Assembly: GCF_009914755.1 (NCBI RefSeq)
Contig: NC_060938.1
DNA: 64,000 nucleotides
Reading direction: 5' to 3' (one strand)
Source: the human T2T-CHM13v2.0 reference genome, Homo sapiens
This document shows positions 30,166-48,500 of this stretch, piece after piece. Under the pieces are notes generated by a model. The model ran no database searches and was not told the origin of the DNA. It worked only from the letters and a program-made list of their open reading frames with translations. Made by a program: the position numbers and the translations under genes. The first letter of the stretch is position 1, and every line of letters starts with the position of its first letter.

Positions 30166-30891
30166 TGCTGACTGTTTGCTCCCGGAGCTCTGCGGGCACC
30201 CGGAAACATGCAGGCAAGGTGGAAGACTGGCATTGTGCCTTCGCTCTCCTTGCCAGTTTCCAAAACTGCCACACCGAAGACTCCCCATGTTGCCGCACAC
30301 GGGAATCCATCATCAGTCCATCACGCTGGGGAGGCATCTTCTCTCTGGGGTCTCGCTCTGGTCTCCTACGTGGAAATGAACGAGAGCCACACCCCTGCCC
30401 CTGTGACACTGTCCCGGCAACGGCGACACCCACAGGCACTGCCACCTTCACGGAGAGAGGGCCTGGAACACAGCAGATTCCCACGGAGATTCAGTCCCAC
30501 ACTCCCCTCCACCCTCCCAGGCCGGTTTCTCCCTGCTGAAGACGCGTGGGAGCCCAGAGAGCAGCTTCCAGTTCCCGCCTGATTCCTGGAGAGGTCGGCA
30601 GAGCCAGCCCCGGAAACGCGCCCCTCTCACCACTTCCCCCTCGCCCCCTTCATCTTCGTATCTCCAGCCCCACCACCGCCATCACCACACCCTCCCCCCC
30701 AACACAACCACCCCACAGCCGCAGGCCTCGACGCCCTGGGACCCTTCCGGGGTGGGGCGTGCTGTCCCAGGGCTCACCGCCATTCATGAAGGGGTGGAGC
30801 CTGCCTGCCTGCAGGCCTTCATAATAGCCGCTGGCTGGCTGTCCGGGCAGGCCTCCTGGCTGCACCTGCCGCAGTCCACAGGCTGGATGAG
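30166..30891 (+). pseudogene. D4Z4-like fragment, copy 2: upstream and promoter region only, truncated ~70 bp before the DUX ATG
   Basis: Colinear with 23108-23836. It ends at CAGGCTGGATGAG|ATATTTCAC, returning to beta satellite. No homeobox is present. Confidence 0.9.
30780..30806 (+). promoter_or_regulatory. D4Z4-binding element (DBE; YY1/HMGB2/nucleolin site)-like 27-mer
   Basis: CCATTCATGAAGGGGTGGAGCCTGCCT, preceded by CTCACCG. This matches the DBE as recalled. Confidence 0.7.
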
Positions 30892-32648
30892 ATATTTCAC
30901 AAAGCCTTCTGTAGGCAAAGCCCATACAAGGCTTACATCACCTAGGTGATCAGTGCAGTGATATATCAAAAAAATCCCTGTAGACAGAGCCTAGAAAAGA
31001 GGTACATCACCTGGGTGATCAGTGCAGATATTTGACACAATGCCCCCATAGACAGAGCCAAGACAAGACTTCCATCACCTTCGTGATCAGTGCAGAGATA
31101 TATCAAATATCCCCCTCTAGGCAGAGTGTAGAGAAGAGTCCCATCACCTGGGTGATCAGTGCAGAGATATGTGAGAATTCCCGTGTAGGCACAGCCTAGA
31201 CAAGTGTTACATCACCTAGGTTATCAGTGCAGGTATAAGTCGTAAAGCCTCCTGTAGGCAGAGCATAGACAAGAATTCCCTCCCCAGGGTGATCAGTGCA
31301 GAGATGTGTCACAAAGACCCTGTAGGCAGAACCTAGACAAGAGTTACATCACCTGGGTGATCAGTGCAGAGATATGTCCCAATGCCACTGTAGGCAGAGC
31401 CTAGAGAAGAGTTACATGACCTAGGAGATCAATGCAGAGATACATCGCAATGCCCCTGTAGGCAGAGCCTTGACAGGTGGTATATCACCTGGGTGACCAT
31501 TGCAGGTATATGTCACAAAGCACCCTGTAGGCAGATCCTAGAGAAGAGTTGTATCACCTGGGTGATCAGTGCAGTGATATGTCACAAGCACCTTTAGGCA
31601 GAGCCTAGACAAGAGTTATATCACCTGGGTGATCAGTGCAGTGATATGACACAATGCTGTGTAGCCAGAGCCTAGACTAAAGTTACAGCACCTGGGAGAT
31701 CAGTGCAGAGATATGTCACAATGTCCCCAGTAGGCAGAGAACAGGCAAGAGTTGGATCACCTCGGGATCAGTGCAGAGATATGTCTCAATCCCCTTGTGG
31801 GCACAGCCTAGACAAGAGTTAAATCACCTCGGTTAACAGTGCAGAGATATGTCAAAATGCCCCTGTAGGCAGAGCCTACACAAGTGTTACATCACCTGGG
31901 TGATCAATGCAGAGATATGTGACAAGGCCCCTTTAAGCAGAACCTAGACAATAGTTACATCACCTGGGTGATCAGTGCAGAGATCTGTCACAATGCCCCT
32001 TTAGGCAGAACTTAGACCAGAGTTACATCATTTGGGTGATCAGTGCAGTGATATGCCACAATACCCCCATAGGCAAATCCAAGACAAGAGTCCATCACCT
32101 GTCACAATTCCCCCAGGTGGCAGAGCCTAGAGAAGAGTCCCATCACCAGGGTGACCAGTGCAGAGATATTTCACAATGCCCCTGTAGGCAGAGTGTAAGC
32201 AAGAGTTACATCACCTAGATGATCAGTGCACAGATATGTCACAAGGCCCCCTATAGGCAGAGCCTGCACAAGAGTTACATCACCTCGGTGATAAATGCAG
32301 TGATATGTCACTATGCCCGTAGGCAGAGCCTAGTCAAGCACTAAATCAAATGGGTGATCAGTGCAGAGATATGTCACAAAGCCCCCATACACAGAGCCTA
32401 GACAAGAGTCCCATCACCTGGGTGATCAGTGCAGAAATATGTCACAATGCCCCCATAGGCAGATCCAACACAAGAGTTACATCACCTGGGTGATCAGTGT
32501 AGAGATATGTCACAATGCCCGCATAGGCAGAGCCTAGACAAATGTCCCGTCACCTGGGTGATCAGTGCAGAGATATGTCACAAAGCCCCTGTAGGTAGAG
32601 ACTAGACAAGTGTTACGTCACTTTGTTGATCAGTTCCGAGATGTGTCA
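30892..32648 (+). repeat. Beta satellite block 3
   Basis: 68-bp monomers, with one shortened monomer near 32100. Confidence 0.95.
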
Positions 32649-33023
32649 TGCTGACTGTTTGCTCCTGGAGCTCTGCGGGCACCCGGAAATATGCAGGGAA
32701 GAGTGGAAGTCCGGCATGGTGCCTTCGGTCTCCTTGCCAGTTACCAAACCGGCCACTCTGCAGACTCCCCATGTTGCCGCACATGGGAATCCATCGTCAG
32801 GCCATCACGCCGGGGAGGCATCTTCTGTCTGGGGTTTCGCTCTGGTCTTCTACGTGGAAGCGAATGAGAGCCACACGCCTGCACGTGTGAGACTGTCCCG
32901 GCAACGGCGACACCCACAGGCATTGCCTCCTTCACGGAGAGAGGGCCTGAAACACTCCAGACTCCCATGGAGGTTAAGTTCCACATTCTCCTCCACACTC
33001 CCAGGCTGGTTTCTCCCTGCTGA

Positions 33024-37982
<4,959 letters not shown>

Positions 37983-37985
<3 letters not shown>

Positions 37986-40900
37986 CACTACAGCCTGTGT
38001 GACAGAGGGAGACCCTGTTGAAAGAAAGGAGTGGAATGGAAGGGATTGGAATGGAATGGAATGGATTGGAATGCAGTGGAGTGGAATTGAGTGTAGTGGA
38101 GTGGAGTGCAGTGGAATGGAATGGAATGGAATAGTGAAATGAAAAGTGAGCTGAGATTGTGCCACTGCACACCAGCCTTGGTGACAGAGTGAGATACTGT
38201 CAAAAGAAAGTACTGGAATGGAATGGAGTGGAATGGAATGGAATGGAGTGGAATGGAATGTAATGGAGTTGAGAGCAGTGGAGTGGAGTAGAAAGGAGTG
38301 GAATGGAATGGGATGGAAAGAAAAGGACTGGAGTGGATTGGGCTGGGTTGGAGTGGAGTGGAATGGATTGGAGTGGAGTGGAGTGGAATTTAATGGAGTA
38401 GAATACAATGGAATGGTGAAATGAAATGTGAGCTGAGATTCTGCCACTGCGCTCCAGGCTGGGTGACAGAGTGAGATACTCTCGAAAGAAAGGAATGGAA
38501 TTGAATGCAGTGGAATGGAATGGAATGGATTGGAGTGGAGTGGAGTGGAGTGAAATAGAGAGGAATGGAATGGGATGGAATGGAATGTAAAGGAATGGTG
38601 AAAATAAATGTGAGCTAAGATTGTGCCACTGCACTGCAGCCTCTGTGACAGAGTGAGATCCTTTGGAAAGAAAGGAAAGGAATGGTATGGAATGGAATGG
38701 AGTGGAGTGGAGTGGAGTGGCGTGGAATGGAATGGAATGGAATGGAATGGAATGGAATGGAATGGAATGGAGTGGAGTGGAATGTAATGGAATGGACTGG
38801 AATGGAATATAATGGAATGCAATGGAATACAATGCAGTGAAATGGAATGTTGACATGTAATGTGAACAGAGATTGTGCCACTGCACTCCAGCCTGGGTGA
38901 CACAGTGATATCCTGTCGAAAGAAAGGAATGGAATGCAATGGAGTGAAACGGAATGGAATGGAATGGAGTGGAGAGGAGTGGAGTGGAGTGGAGTAAAGT
39001 GGAGTGGAGTGGAATGCAATGGATTGGAATAGGGTGGAGAGGAATGGAATGGAGTGGAATGGAATGGGAGGGAACGGAGTGGAGTGGAGTGGAGTGGAAT
39101 GAAGAGTAACGGAGTGGAGTGGAGTGGAATGCAATCGAATGGAATGTAATTGAAAGGAATGAAATGGAGTGGAATGGAATGAAATGGAATGGAGTGGAGT
39201 GGAATGGAGTGGAGTGGAATGGAGTGGAGTGGAGAGGAATTGAGTGGATAGGAGTGGAATGGAGTGGAGTGGAGTGGAATGGAATGGAGAGGAATTGAAC
39301 GGAATAGAGTGGAATGGAGTGGAAAAGAGTGGAATGGAATGTAGTGGAATGAAATGGAGTGGAGTGGACTGGAGTATAGTGTAATGGAATGCAGTGGAAT
39401 GCAATGTAGTGTAATAGAATGGAATGGAATGGAACGGAATGGAATGGAATAGAATGAAATGGTGAAAAGAAATGTGTGCTGAGACTGTGCAAATGCACTA
39501 CAGCCCGTGTGACAGAGGGAGATCCTGTCGAAAGAAAGGCGTGGAATGGAAGGGATTGGAATGGAATGAATTGGACTGGAGTGGAGTCGAATTGAGTGGA
39601 GTGGAGTGGAGTGGAGTGCAGTGGAATAGAATGGAATGGAATGGAATGCTGAAGTGAAATGTGAGATGAGACTGTGCCACTGCACACCAGCCTGGGTGAC
39701 AGAGTGAGATTCTGTCAAAAGAAAGGAATGGAATGGAATGGAGTGGAATGGAATGGAGTGGAGTGGAGTGGAGTGGAAAGGAGTGGAATGGCGTGGGATG
39801 AAATGGAGTGGAGTGGAGTAGACTGGAATGGAGTGGAGTGGAGTGGAGTGGAATGGATTGGAGAGGAGTGGAGAAGAGTGGAGTGGAGTCGAATGGAATG
39901 GAATGGAATGAAATCGTGAAATGAAATGTGACCCGAGATTTTGTCACTGCGCTCCAGGCTGGGTGACAGAGTGAGATTCTTTCAAAAGAAAGCAATAGAA
40001 TGGAATGCAGTGGAATGGAATGGAGTGGAATGGAGTGGGGTGAAGTGGAGTGGACTGGAATGGGATGGAATGGAGTGGAATGAAATGGAGATGAGTGGGG
40101 TGGAGGGGATTGCAGTGGAATGGAGCAGAATGGAATGGGATGGAATGGAATGGAGTGGAGTGCAGTCGAGAGGAGAGGAGTGGAATGGAGTGGAATGGCA
40201 TCGGATATAATGGAATTAAGTGGAGTGGAGTGGAGTGGAATGGAGTGGTATGGAATGGAATTGAATGGAATGGAATGGAATGGTGAAATGAAATGTGATC
40301 TAAGATTGTGCCACTGAACTCCAGTCTGGTTGACAGAGTGAGATCTAGTAGAAATAAAGGAATGGAATGGAATGGAGTAGAATGGAATGGAATGGAGTGC
40401 AGTGCAGTGGAATGGAGTAGAGTGGAATGGAGTTGAGTGGAAGGGAGTGGAATGGAATGGCATGGAATGGAGTGGAATGGAATTGAATGGAGTTGAACGG
40501 AATGGAATAGAATGAAATGGAATGCAGTGAAATGAATTGGACTAGAATTGAATGGATTGGAGTGGAGTGGAGTGGAATCGAGTGGAGTGCTATGGAATGG
40601 AATGGAGTGGAGTGGGGTGGAGTGGAATGGAAAGGAGTGGAGTGGAATGGAGTGGAGTGGAATGGAATGGGAAGGAGTGGAGTGGAATGGAATGGCATGG
40701 AATGGAGTGGAATGGAATGGAGTGGAGTGGAGAGGAGTAGAATTGAATGGACTGGAGCGGAATGGAGTGGAGTAGAATGGAATGGAAAGGGAAGGAATGG
40801 AATGGAATGGAATGGAATGGAATAGAGTACAATGGAATGGAATGGAGTGGAATGGAATGGAGTGGGGTGGAGTGGAGTGCAGTGGAGTGGAATGGAGTGG

Positions 40901-43900
40901 AATGGAGTGAAATGCAGTAGAGTGGAATGGGGTGGAATGGAGTGGGGTGGAGTGGAGTGCAGTGGAGTGGAATGGAGTGGAATGGAGTGAAATGCAGTGG
41001 AGTGGAATGGGGTGGAATGGAGTGGAGTCCAGTGGAATGGTATGGAATGGAATGGAATGGAGTGAAGTGGAATGGAGTGGAACGGAATGGAGTGGAGTGG
41101 AGTGGAATGAAATAGAGTGGAATGGAATGGGATGGAATGGAATGCAAAGGAATGGTGAAAAGAAATGTGAGCTGAGATTGTGATACTGCACTCCAGCTTT
41201 TGTGACAGAATGAGATCCTGTGGAAAGAAAGGAATGGAATGGAATGGAGTGGAATGTAATGCAGAAGAGGAGAGTGGAGTGGAGTGGAATGTAATGCAGT
41301 GGAGGGGAGTGGAGTGGAGTGCAGAGGAGTGGAGTGGAATGGAGTGTAGTGAAGGGGAGTGGAATTGAGTGGAGTGGAGTGGAATAGAGTGGAATGGAAT
41401 GGAGTGGAGTGGAATGGAATGGAGTGGCATGGAGTGGAAAGGAGTGGAATGGATTGGAGTGGAATGGAGAGGAGTGGAGTGGAGTGGAGTAGAGTGGAAT
41501 GGAATGGAGTGGAGTGGAGTGGAAAGGAGTGGCATGGAGTGGAATGGAGTGGAGTGGAGTGGAGTGGAATGGAGTGGAGTGGAGTGCAGTGGAAGGGATT
41601 GGAATGGAAAGGAATAGAGTGGAATGGAATGGAATGATATGGTGAAAAGAAATGTGTGCTGAGATTGTGCCACTGTGCTACAGCCTGTGTGACACAGGGA
41701 GATCCTGTCAAAAGAAAGGAGTGGAATGTAAGGGATTGGCATGGAATGGAATGGATTGGAGTGGAGTGGAATGGAATTGAGTGGAGTGGAGTGGAGCGCA
41801 CTGGAATGGAATGGACTGGAGTGGAATGGTGAAATGAAATATGAGCTGAGATTGTGCCAGTGCACACCAGCCTGGGTGACAGAGTGAGACCCCATCAAAA
41901 CAATGGAATAGAATGGAGTGGAATGGAATGGAGTGGATTGGAGGGGAGTGGAGTTGAAAGGAGTGGAATGGAAAGGAGTGGAATGGAATGGAGTGGAGTG
42001 GAATGCATTGGAGTGGAGTGGAGCTGAATTGAATGGAATAGAATAGAATGGAAAGGAATGGTGAAATGAAATGTGTGCTGAGATTGTGCCACTAGACTCC
42101 GGGCTGGGTGACAGAGTGAGATACTCTCAAAAGAAAGGAATGGAATGGAATGCAGTGTAATGGAATGGAATGGAATGGAATGGAATAGAATGGAATGAAA
42201 TGGAAAGGAATGGAATGGAGTGAACTGGAGAGGAGTGGATTGGAGAGAAGTGGGGTGGAGTGGAATGGAGGGGAATGGAATGGGATGGAATGGAATGGAA
42301 TGAAGTGGAGTGGAGTGGGGTGGAGGGAAGTGCAGTGGAATGGAGCGGAATGGATTGGGATGGAATGGAATGCAGTGGAGTGGAGTGTAGTTGAGTGGAG
42401 AGGAGTGGAATGTAGTGGAATGGAATCGGATGTAATGGAATGTAGAGGAGTGGAGTGGAGTGGAGTTGAACGGAGTGGAATGGAAGGGAAAGGAATGGAA
42501 TGGAATGGATGTAAAGGAAAGGAATGGAATGCAATTTAATGTAATGGAATAGAATGCAATGAAATGGAAAGTTGACATGTAATATGAGCTGAGATAGTGC
42601 CAATGCACTCAAGCCTGGGTGACACAGTGACATACAGTGGAAAGGAAGCTATGGAATGCAATGGAGTGAAATGTTATGGAATTGAATGGAATTGAGAGGA
42701 GGGGAATGGAGTTTAGTGCAATGGAGTCAACTGGAATGGGATGGAGTGGAGTGGAGTGAAATAGAGAGGAATGGAATGGGATGGAATGGAATGGAATGGA
42801 ATTGAATGGTGAAAAGAAATGTGAGCTGAGATTGTGCCACTGCACTCCAGCCTCTGTGACAGAGTGAGATCCTTTGGAAAGAAAGGAAAGGAATGGTATG
42901 GAATGGAATGGAATGGAATGGAGTGGAGTGGAGTGGAGAGGAGTGGAGTGGAGAGGAGTGGAGTGGAATGGATTGGAGTGGAATGGAATGGAGTGGAGTG
43001 GAATGGAATGGAGTGGAATGGAATGGAATGGAGTGGAGTGGAATGGAATGGAATGGAGTGGAATGGAATGGAATGGAGTGGAATGGAATGTAATGGAGTG
43101 GGATGGAATGCAATGGAAATGAATGCAATGGAATGAAACGGAATGGAACGGAATGGAATGGAATGGAATGGTGAAAAGAAATGTGTGCTGAGATTGTGCC
43201 ACTGCGCTACACCCTGTGTGAGAGAGGGAGATCTTGTCAAAAGAAAGTAGTGGAATGGAAGGGATTGGAATTGCACGGAATGGAATAGGTTGGAGTGGAG
43301 TGGAGTGGAATTCAGTGGATAGGAGTGGAGTGCAGTGGAATGGAAAGGAATGGAATGGTGAAATGAAAAATGGGTTGAGATTGTGCCACTGCACTCCTGC
43401 CTGAGTGACAGAGTGAGATCCTCTCAAATGAAAGGAATGCAATCTAATGGAGTGGAATGCAATAGAATGGAGTGGAGTAGAGTGGATTGGAGAGGAAAGG
43501 AGTGCAATGGAATGGGATGGAAAGGAAAGGAGTGGAGTGGAATGGAATGGAATGGAGTGGAGTGAAGTGGAATGGATTGCAATGGAGTGGAGTGGAGTAG
43601 AGCAGAATGGAACTGAATGGAACGGAATTGAATGGAATGGTGAAATTAAATGTCAGCTGAGATTGTGCCACTGCTCTCCGGGCTGGGTGATGGAGTGAGA
43701 TACTCTCGAAAGAAAGGAATGGAATGGAATGCAATGCAGTGGAATGGAATGGAATGGAATGGAGTGGACTGGAGTGGATTGGAGTGGAGTGAAGTGGAGT
43801 GGAGTGGAATGGAGAGGAATGCAATGGGATAGAATGGAATGGAATGAAGTGGAGTGGAGTGGGGAGGAGCGGAGTCCAGTGGAATGGAGCAGAATGGAAT

Positions 43901-45262
43901 GGGATGGAGTGGAATGGAGTGCTGTAGAGAGAAGGGGAGTGGAGAGGAGTGGAATGGAGTGGAATGGAATTGGATGTGACGGAATGCAGTGGAGTGGAGT
44001 GGTGTGGAATGGGATGGAATGTTGTGGAGTGGAGTGGAGTGGAACGGAATGGAATGGAATAGAATGGAATACAATGGAATTCAATGGAATGCAATGGAAT
44101 AGAATGCAATGAAATGGAATGTTGTCATGCAATGTGAGCAGAGACTGTGCCACTGCTCTCCAGCCTGAGTGACACAGTGATATAGTGTCGAAAGAAAGGA
44201 ATGGAATGCAATGGAGTGAAATGGAATGGAATGAAAAGGAGAGCAGTGAAGTGGAGTGGAGTGGAGCGGAGTGGAGTGGAGTGGACTGCAATGGAATGGA
44301 ATGGAGTGGAGTAAAATGGAATGGTAAGGAATGGAATGGAAAGGAATTGAGTGGAGTGGAATGGAAGGGAGAGGAATTGAGTGGAGTGGAGTGGAATGCA
44401 ATCGAATGGAATGTAATGGAAGGGAATGGAATGGAGTGGAAGGGAATGGAATGGAGTGGAATGGAATGAAATGGAATGGAGTGGAGTGGAATGGAGTGAA
44501 GTGGAGTGGAATGGAGTGGACAGGAGTGGAGTGGAATGGAATGGAGTGGAATGAAATGGAATGGAGTGGAATGGAGTGGAAAAGAGTGGAATGGAATGTG
44601 GTGGAATGAAATGGAGTGGAGTGGACTGGAGTAGATTGAAATGGAATGCAGAGGAATGGAATGAAGTGGAATGGAATGGAATGGAATGGAATGGAATGGA
44701 ATGGAATGGAATGAAATGGTGAAAAGGAATGAGTGCTGAGATTGTGCCACGTGCTACAGCCTGTGTGACACAGGGAGATCCTGTCGAAAGAAAGGAGTGG
44801 AATGGAAGAGATTGGAATGGAACGGAGTGGAATGGATTGGAGTGGAGTGGAGTAGAATTCAGTGGAGTGGAGTGCAGTGGAATAGAATGGAATGGAATGA
44901 AATGCTGAAGTAAAACGTGAGATGAGATTGTGCCACTGCACACAGCCTTGGTGACAGAGTGAGATCCTGTCAAAAGAAAGGAATGGAAAGGAAACGAGTG
45001 GAATGGAATGGAATGGAGTGGAATGGAATGGAGTGGGGTGGATTGGAGTGGAGTGGAAAGGAGTGGAATGAAATGGGATGGAATGGAAAGGAGTGGAGTG
45101 GAATGGACTGGAGTGGAGTGGAGTGGAATGGATTGGAGTGGAGTGGAGTAGAGTGGAATAGAGTGGAATGGAATGCAATGGAATGGTGAAATGAAATGTG
45201 AGCTGAGATTCTGCCACTGCACTGCAGGCTGGGTGATAGAGTGAGATACTTTCGAAAGAAAG
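37983..45262 (+). mobile_element. 22 co-oriented Alu right-arm 3'-terminal fragments (~55-60 bp each), amplified with the satellite and not independently inserted
   Basis: Consensus GTGAGCTGAGATTGTGCCACTGCACTCCAGCCTGGGTGACAGAGTGAGATCCTGTC-(G/A)AAAGAAAGG, the Alu 3' end with its CpGs decayed. Approximate starts: 37983 (partial), 38146, 38428, 38610, 38862, 39474, 39661, 39928, 40295, 41167, 41654, 41841, 42073, 42584, 42821, 43183, 43370, 43652, 44134, 44730, 44917, 45198. Confidence 0.88.
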
Positions 45263-45590
45263 GAATAGAACAGAATGCAGTGGAATGGAATGGAATGGAA
45301 TGGAGTGGACTGAAGTGGAGAGGAGTGGGGTGAATTAGAGTTGACTGGAATGGAGACAAATGGAATGAGATGGAACGGAATGCAATGGAATGGAATGAAG
45401 TGGAGATGAGTTGTGTGGAGAAGATTGTCGTTGAATGGAGCAGAATGGAAGGGGATGGAGTGGAATGGAGTGCTGTGGAGTGCAGTGCAGAGGAGAGGAG
45501 TGCAATGGCATGGAATGGAGTTGGATACAATGGAATTTAGTGTAGTGGAGCGGAGTAAAGTAGAACGGAGTGGTATGGAATGGAGTGGAA
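37983..45590 (+). repeat. HSat3-family GGAGT/GGAAT pentamer satellite punctuated by Alu 3'-end fragments (composite satellite)
   Basis: Mixed (GGAAT)n and (GGAGT)n runs of ~120-800 bp separated by a conserved ~65-bp non-pentamer module. Confidence 0.88.
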
Positions 45591-48500
45591 TAGAATAGAA
45601 TGGATTCGAATGGAATGGACGGGAATGGAATGGAATGGAATGGACTCGAATGGAATGGAATCGAATGAAATGGAATCTAATGAAAGGTAATCAAATGGAA
45701 TGGAATCGAATTGAATGGAACGGAATGGAACGGTCTCGAATGCAACAGAATCAAATGGAATAGAATCGAGTGGAATGGAATGGACTCGAATGGATAGGAA
45801 TGGAAACGAAAGGAATGGAAACGGAATGGATTCGAAAGGAATGGACTGGAATGGAATGCAATCGAATGGAATGGAATCGAACAGAATGGAATCAAATGGA
45901 ATGGAATGGATTCGAATGGACTGGACAGGAATGGAATGGTCCTGAAAGGAAAGGAATGGAATGGAAAAGAAGGGAATGGAATGGAGTGGAATGGAATGGA
46001 ATAGAATTTAATGGAATGGAACGGACTCGAATGAAATGGCCTGGAGTGGAATGGAATCGAATGGAATAGAATTGACTGAAATGGAATCGAAAGGAATGGA
46101 ATAGAATTTAATGGAATAGAATGGATTGGAATGGAATGGAATCGAATCAAATCAAATGGAATGGAATAGAATGGAAGGGAAGGGAATGGAAAGGAATAGA
46201 ATGGAATAGATTCAAATGGAATGGAATGGAATAGAATGGAATGGATTCAAATGGAATGGAATAGAAATGAATGTAACACAATGGAACGGAATGGAATCTA
46301 ACAGCATGGAATGGAACGGAATGGAATGGAATGGAATAGATTTGAAAGGAATGGAATGGACTGGACTCAAAAGGAATGGACTGGAATGGCATGGAATTGA
46401 ATGGTATGGAATGGAATGGAATGGAATTGAATGGAATAGATTTGAAAGGAATGGAATGGAAAGGAAAGGAATGGAACAGACTGGAATGGAATGGACTGGA
46501 ATGAATTGGAATTGAATGGAATGGAATGGAAATGAGTGGAATGCAATGGAATGGACTGGAATGGAATGGAATGGAATGGACTGTAATGGAATGGAGTATA
46601 ATAGAACGGCCCCAAATGGAATCTAATCGAATGGAATGGAATGGAATGGAATCAAATGGAATGGAAAGGAATAGAATGGAATCGAATGGAATGGACTCGA
46701 ATGAAATGTACTGGAATGGAATGGACTCGAATGGAATGGACTGGAATGGAATGTATTCAAAGAGAATGGAATTGAATGGAATGGACACGAATGCAATAAA
46801 ACGGAATGGAATGGACACGAATAGAATGGATTCTAATAGAATGGACTGGAATGGAATGGATTAAATTGGATGGACTCGAATGGAATGTAATCGAATGGAA
46901 TGGAATCGAACGGGACAGAATCGAATGGAATGGACTGGAAGGAAATGGAATTGATAAGAATGGACTCGAATGGAATGGACTCAAAAGGAAAGGAATTGAA
47001 TGAAATGGAATTGAATGGAATGGAATCGAATTTAATGGAATGGAATCGAATGGAATGCAATCGAATGGAATGCAATGGAATGGAATGGAATCGACTGGAA
47101 TAGAATCTACTAGAATGGAATGGAATGGAATGGAATGGAATGGAATGGATTCGATTGGAGTGGACAGGAATGGAATGGACTAGAATGGAATGAACTCAAA
47201 AAGAAAGAAATGGAATGGAATGGAATAGAACAGAATGTAATGGGATCGAATGGAATGGAATCTAATGAAATGCAATCGAACGGAATGCAATAGAATGGAA
47301 AGGAATGGAATGGAATAGAAACGAATGGAATGGAATTGAGTGAAATGGATTCTAATGTAATAGAATTGAATTGATTGGAATGCAATGGAATGGAAAGGAC
47401 TCGAATGTAGTAGACTGGAATGGAATGGACTCGAATGAAATGGACTGGAAGGGAATGAGCTCGATTGGAATGCAAACGAATGGAATAGAATCGAATGTAA
47501 TGAAATCAAATGGAATGAATTGAATGGAATGAAACCGAATGGAATGCACTGGAATGGAATGGACTCGAATTGAAAGGAATCGAATATAATGGAATGGAAC
47601 GGAATGAAAAGTAACGGAATGGAATGGAATCAAATGGAATGGACTCGAATGCAATGCACTGGAATTGAATGGAATCGAGTGGAATGGACTTGAATGGAAT
47701 GGCGTCTAATGCAATGGAATGGACTGCAAAACAATCGAGTTGAATGGAATTATTGGAATGGAGTTGAATGGAATGGATTGGAAAGGAATTGAATCAAATG
47801 GAATGGAATCGATTGGAATGGACTAGAATGGAATGGACACTAAAGGAATGGAATGAAATGGAATGGTCTCGAATGGAATGGAATGGAATGGAATGGAATG
47901 GAAAGGGCTCGAATGGAATGGAACCCAAAGGACTGGCATCGAATGCAATGGAATCTAATGGAATGGAATCCAATGTAATAGACCGGATTGGAATGAACTC
48001 AGATGCAATTGACTGCAAAGGAAAGGTCTCGAATGGAATGTAACGGAATGCGACGCACTCAAATGGAATGGACTCGAATGGAAAGGAATGGAATGGAATG
48101 GAATGGAATGGAATCAAATGGAATCGGTTGGAATAGCATGGATTTGAACCAAATGGAATGAAATGGAATGGTCTTGAAAGTAATGGGCAGGAATGGAATA
48201 GAACCGAATGGAATGGAATGAATTGGAAAGGAATGGATTGGACTCGAATTTAATGGGCAGGAATGGAATGGAACAGAATGGAATGGAATGAATTGGAATG
48301 GAATGGATTGGACACGAATGTAATTGACTGCAATGGAATGGACTCGAATGGAATGGAATCAAAAGAAATGGAATAGAATGGAATGGAATGGAACTGAATG
48401 TATCAGACTGGAATGGAATGGACTCGAATGTTATGGACTTGAATGGAATGGACTGGAATGGAATGGAATGGAATCAAATGGAATGGAATCGAATGGAATG

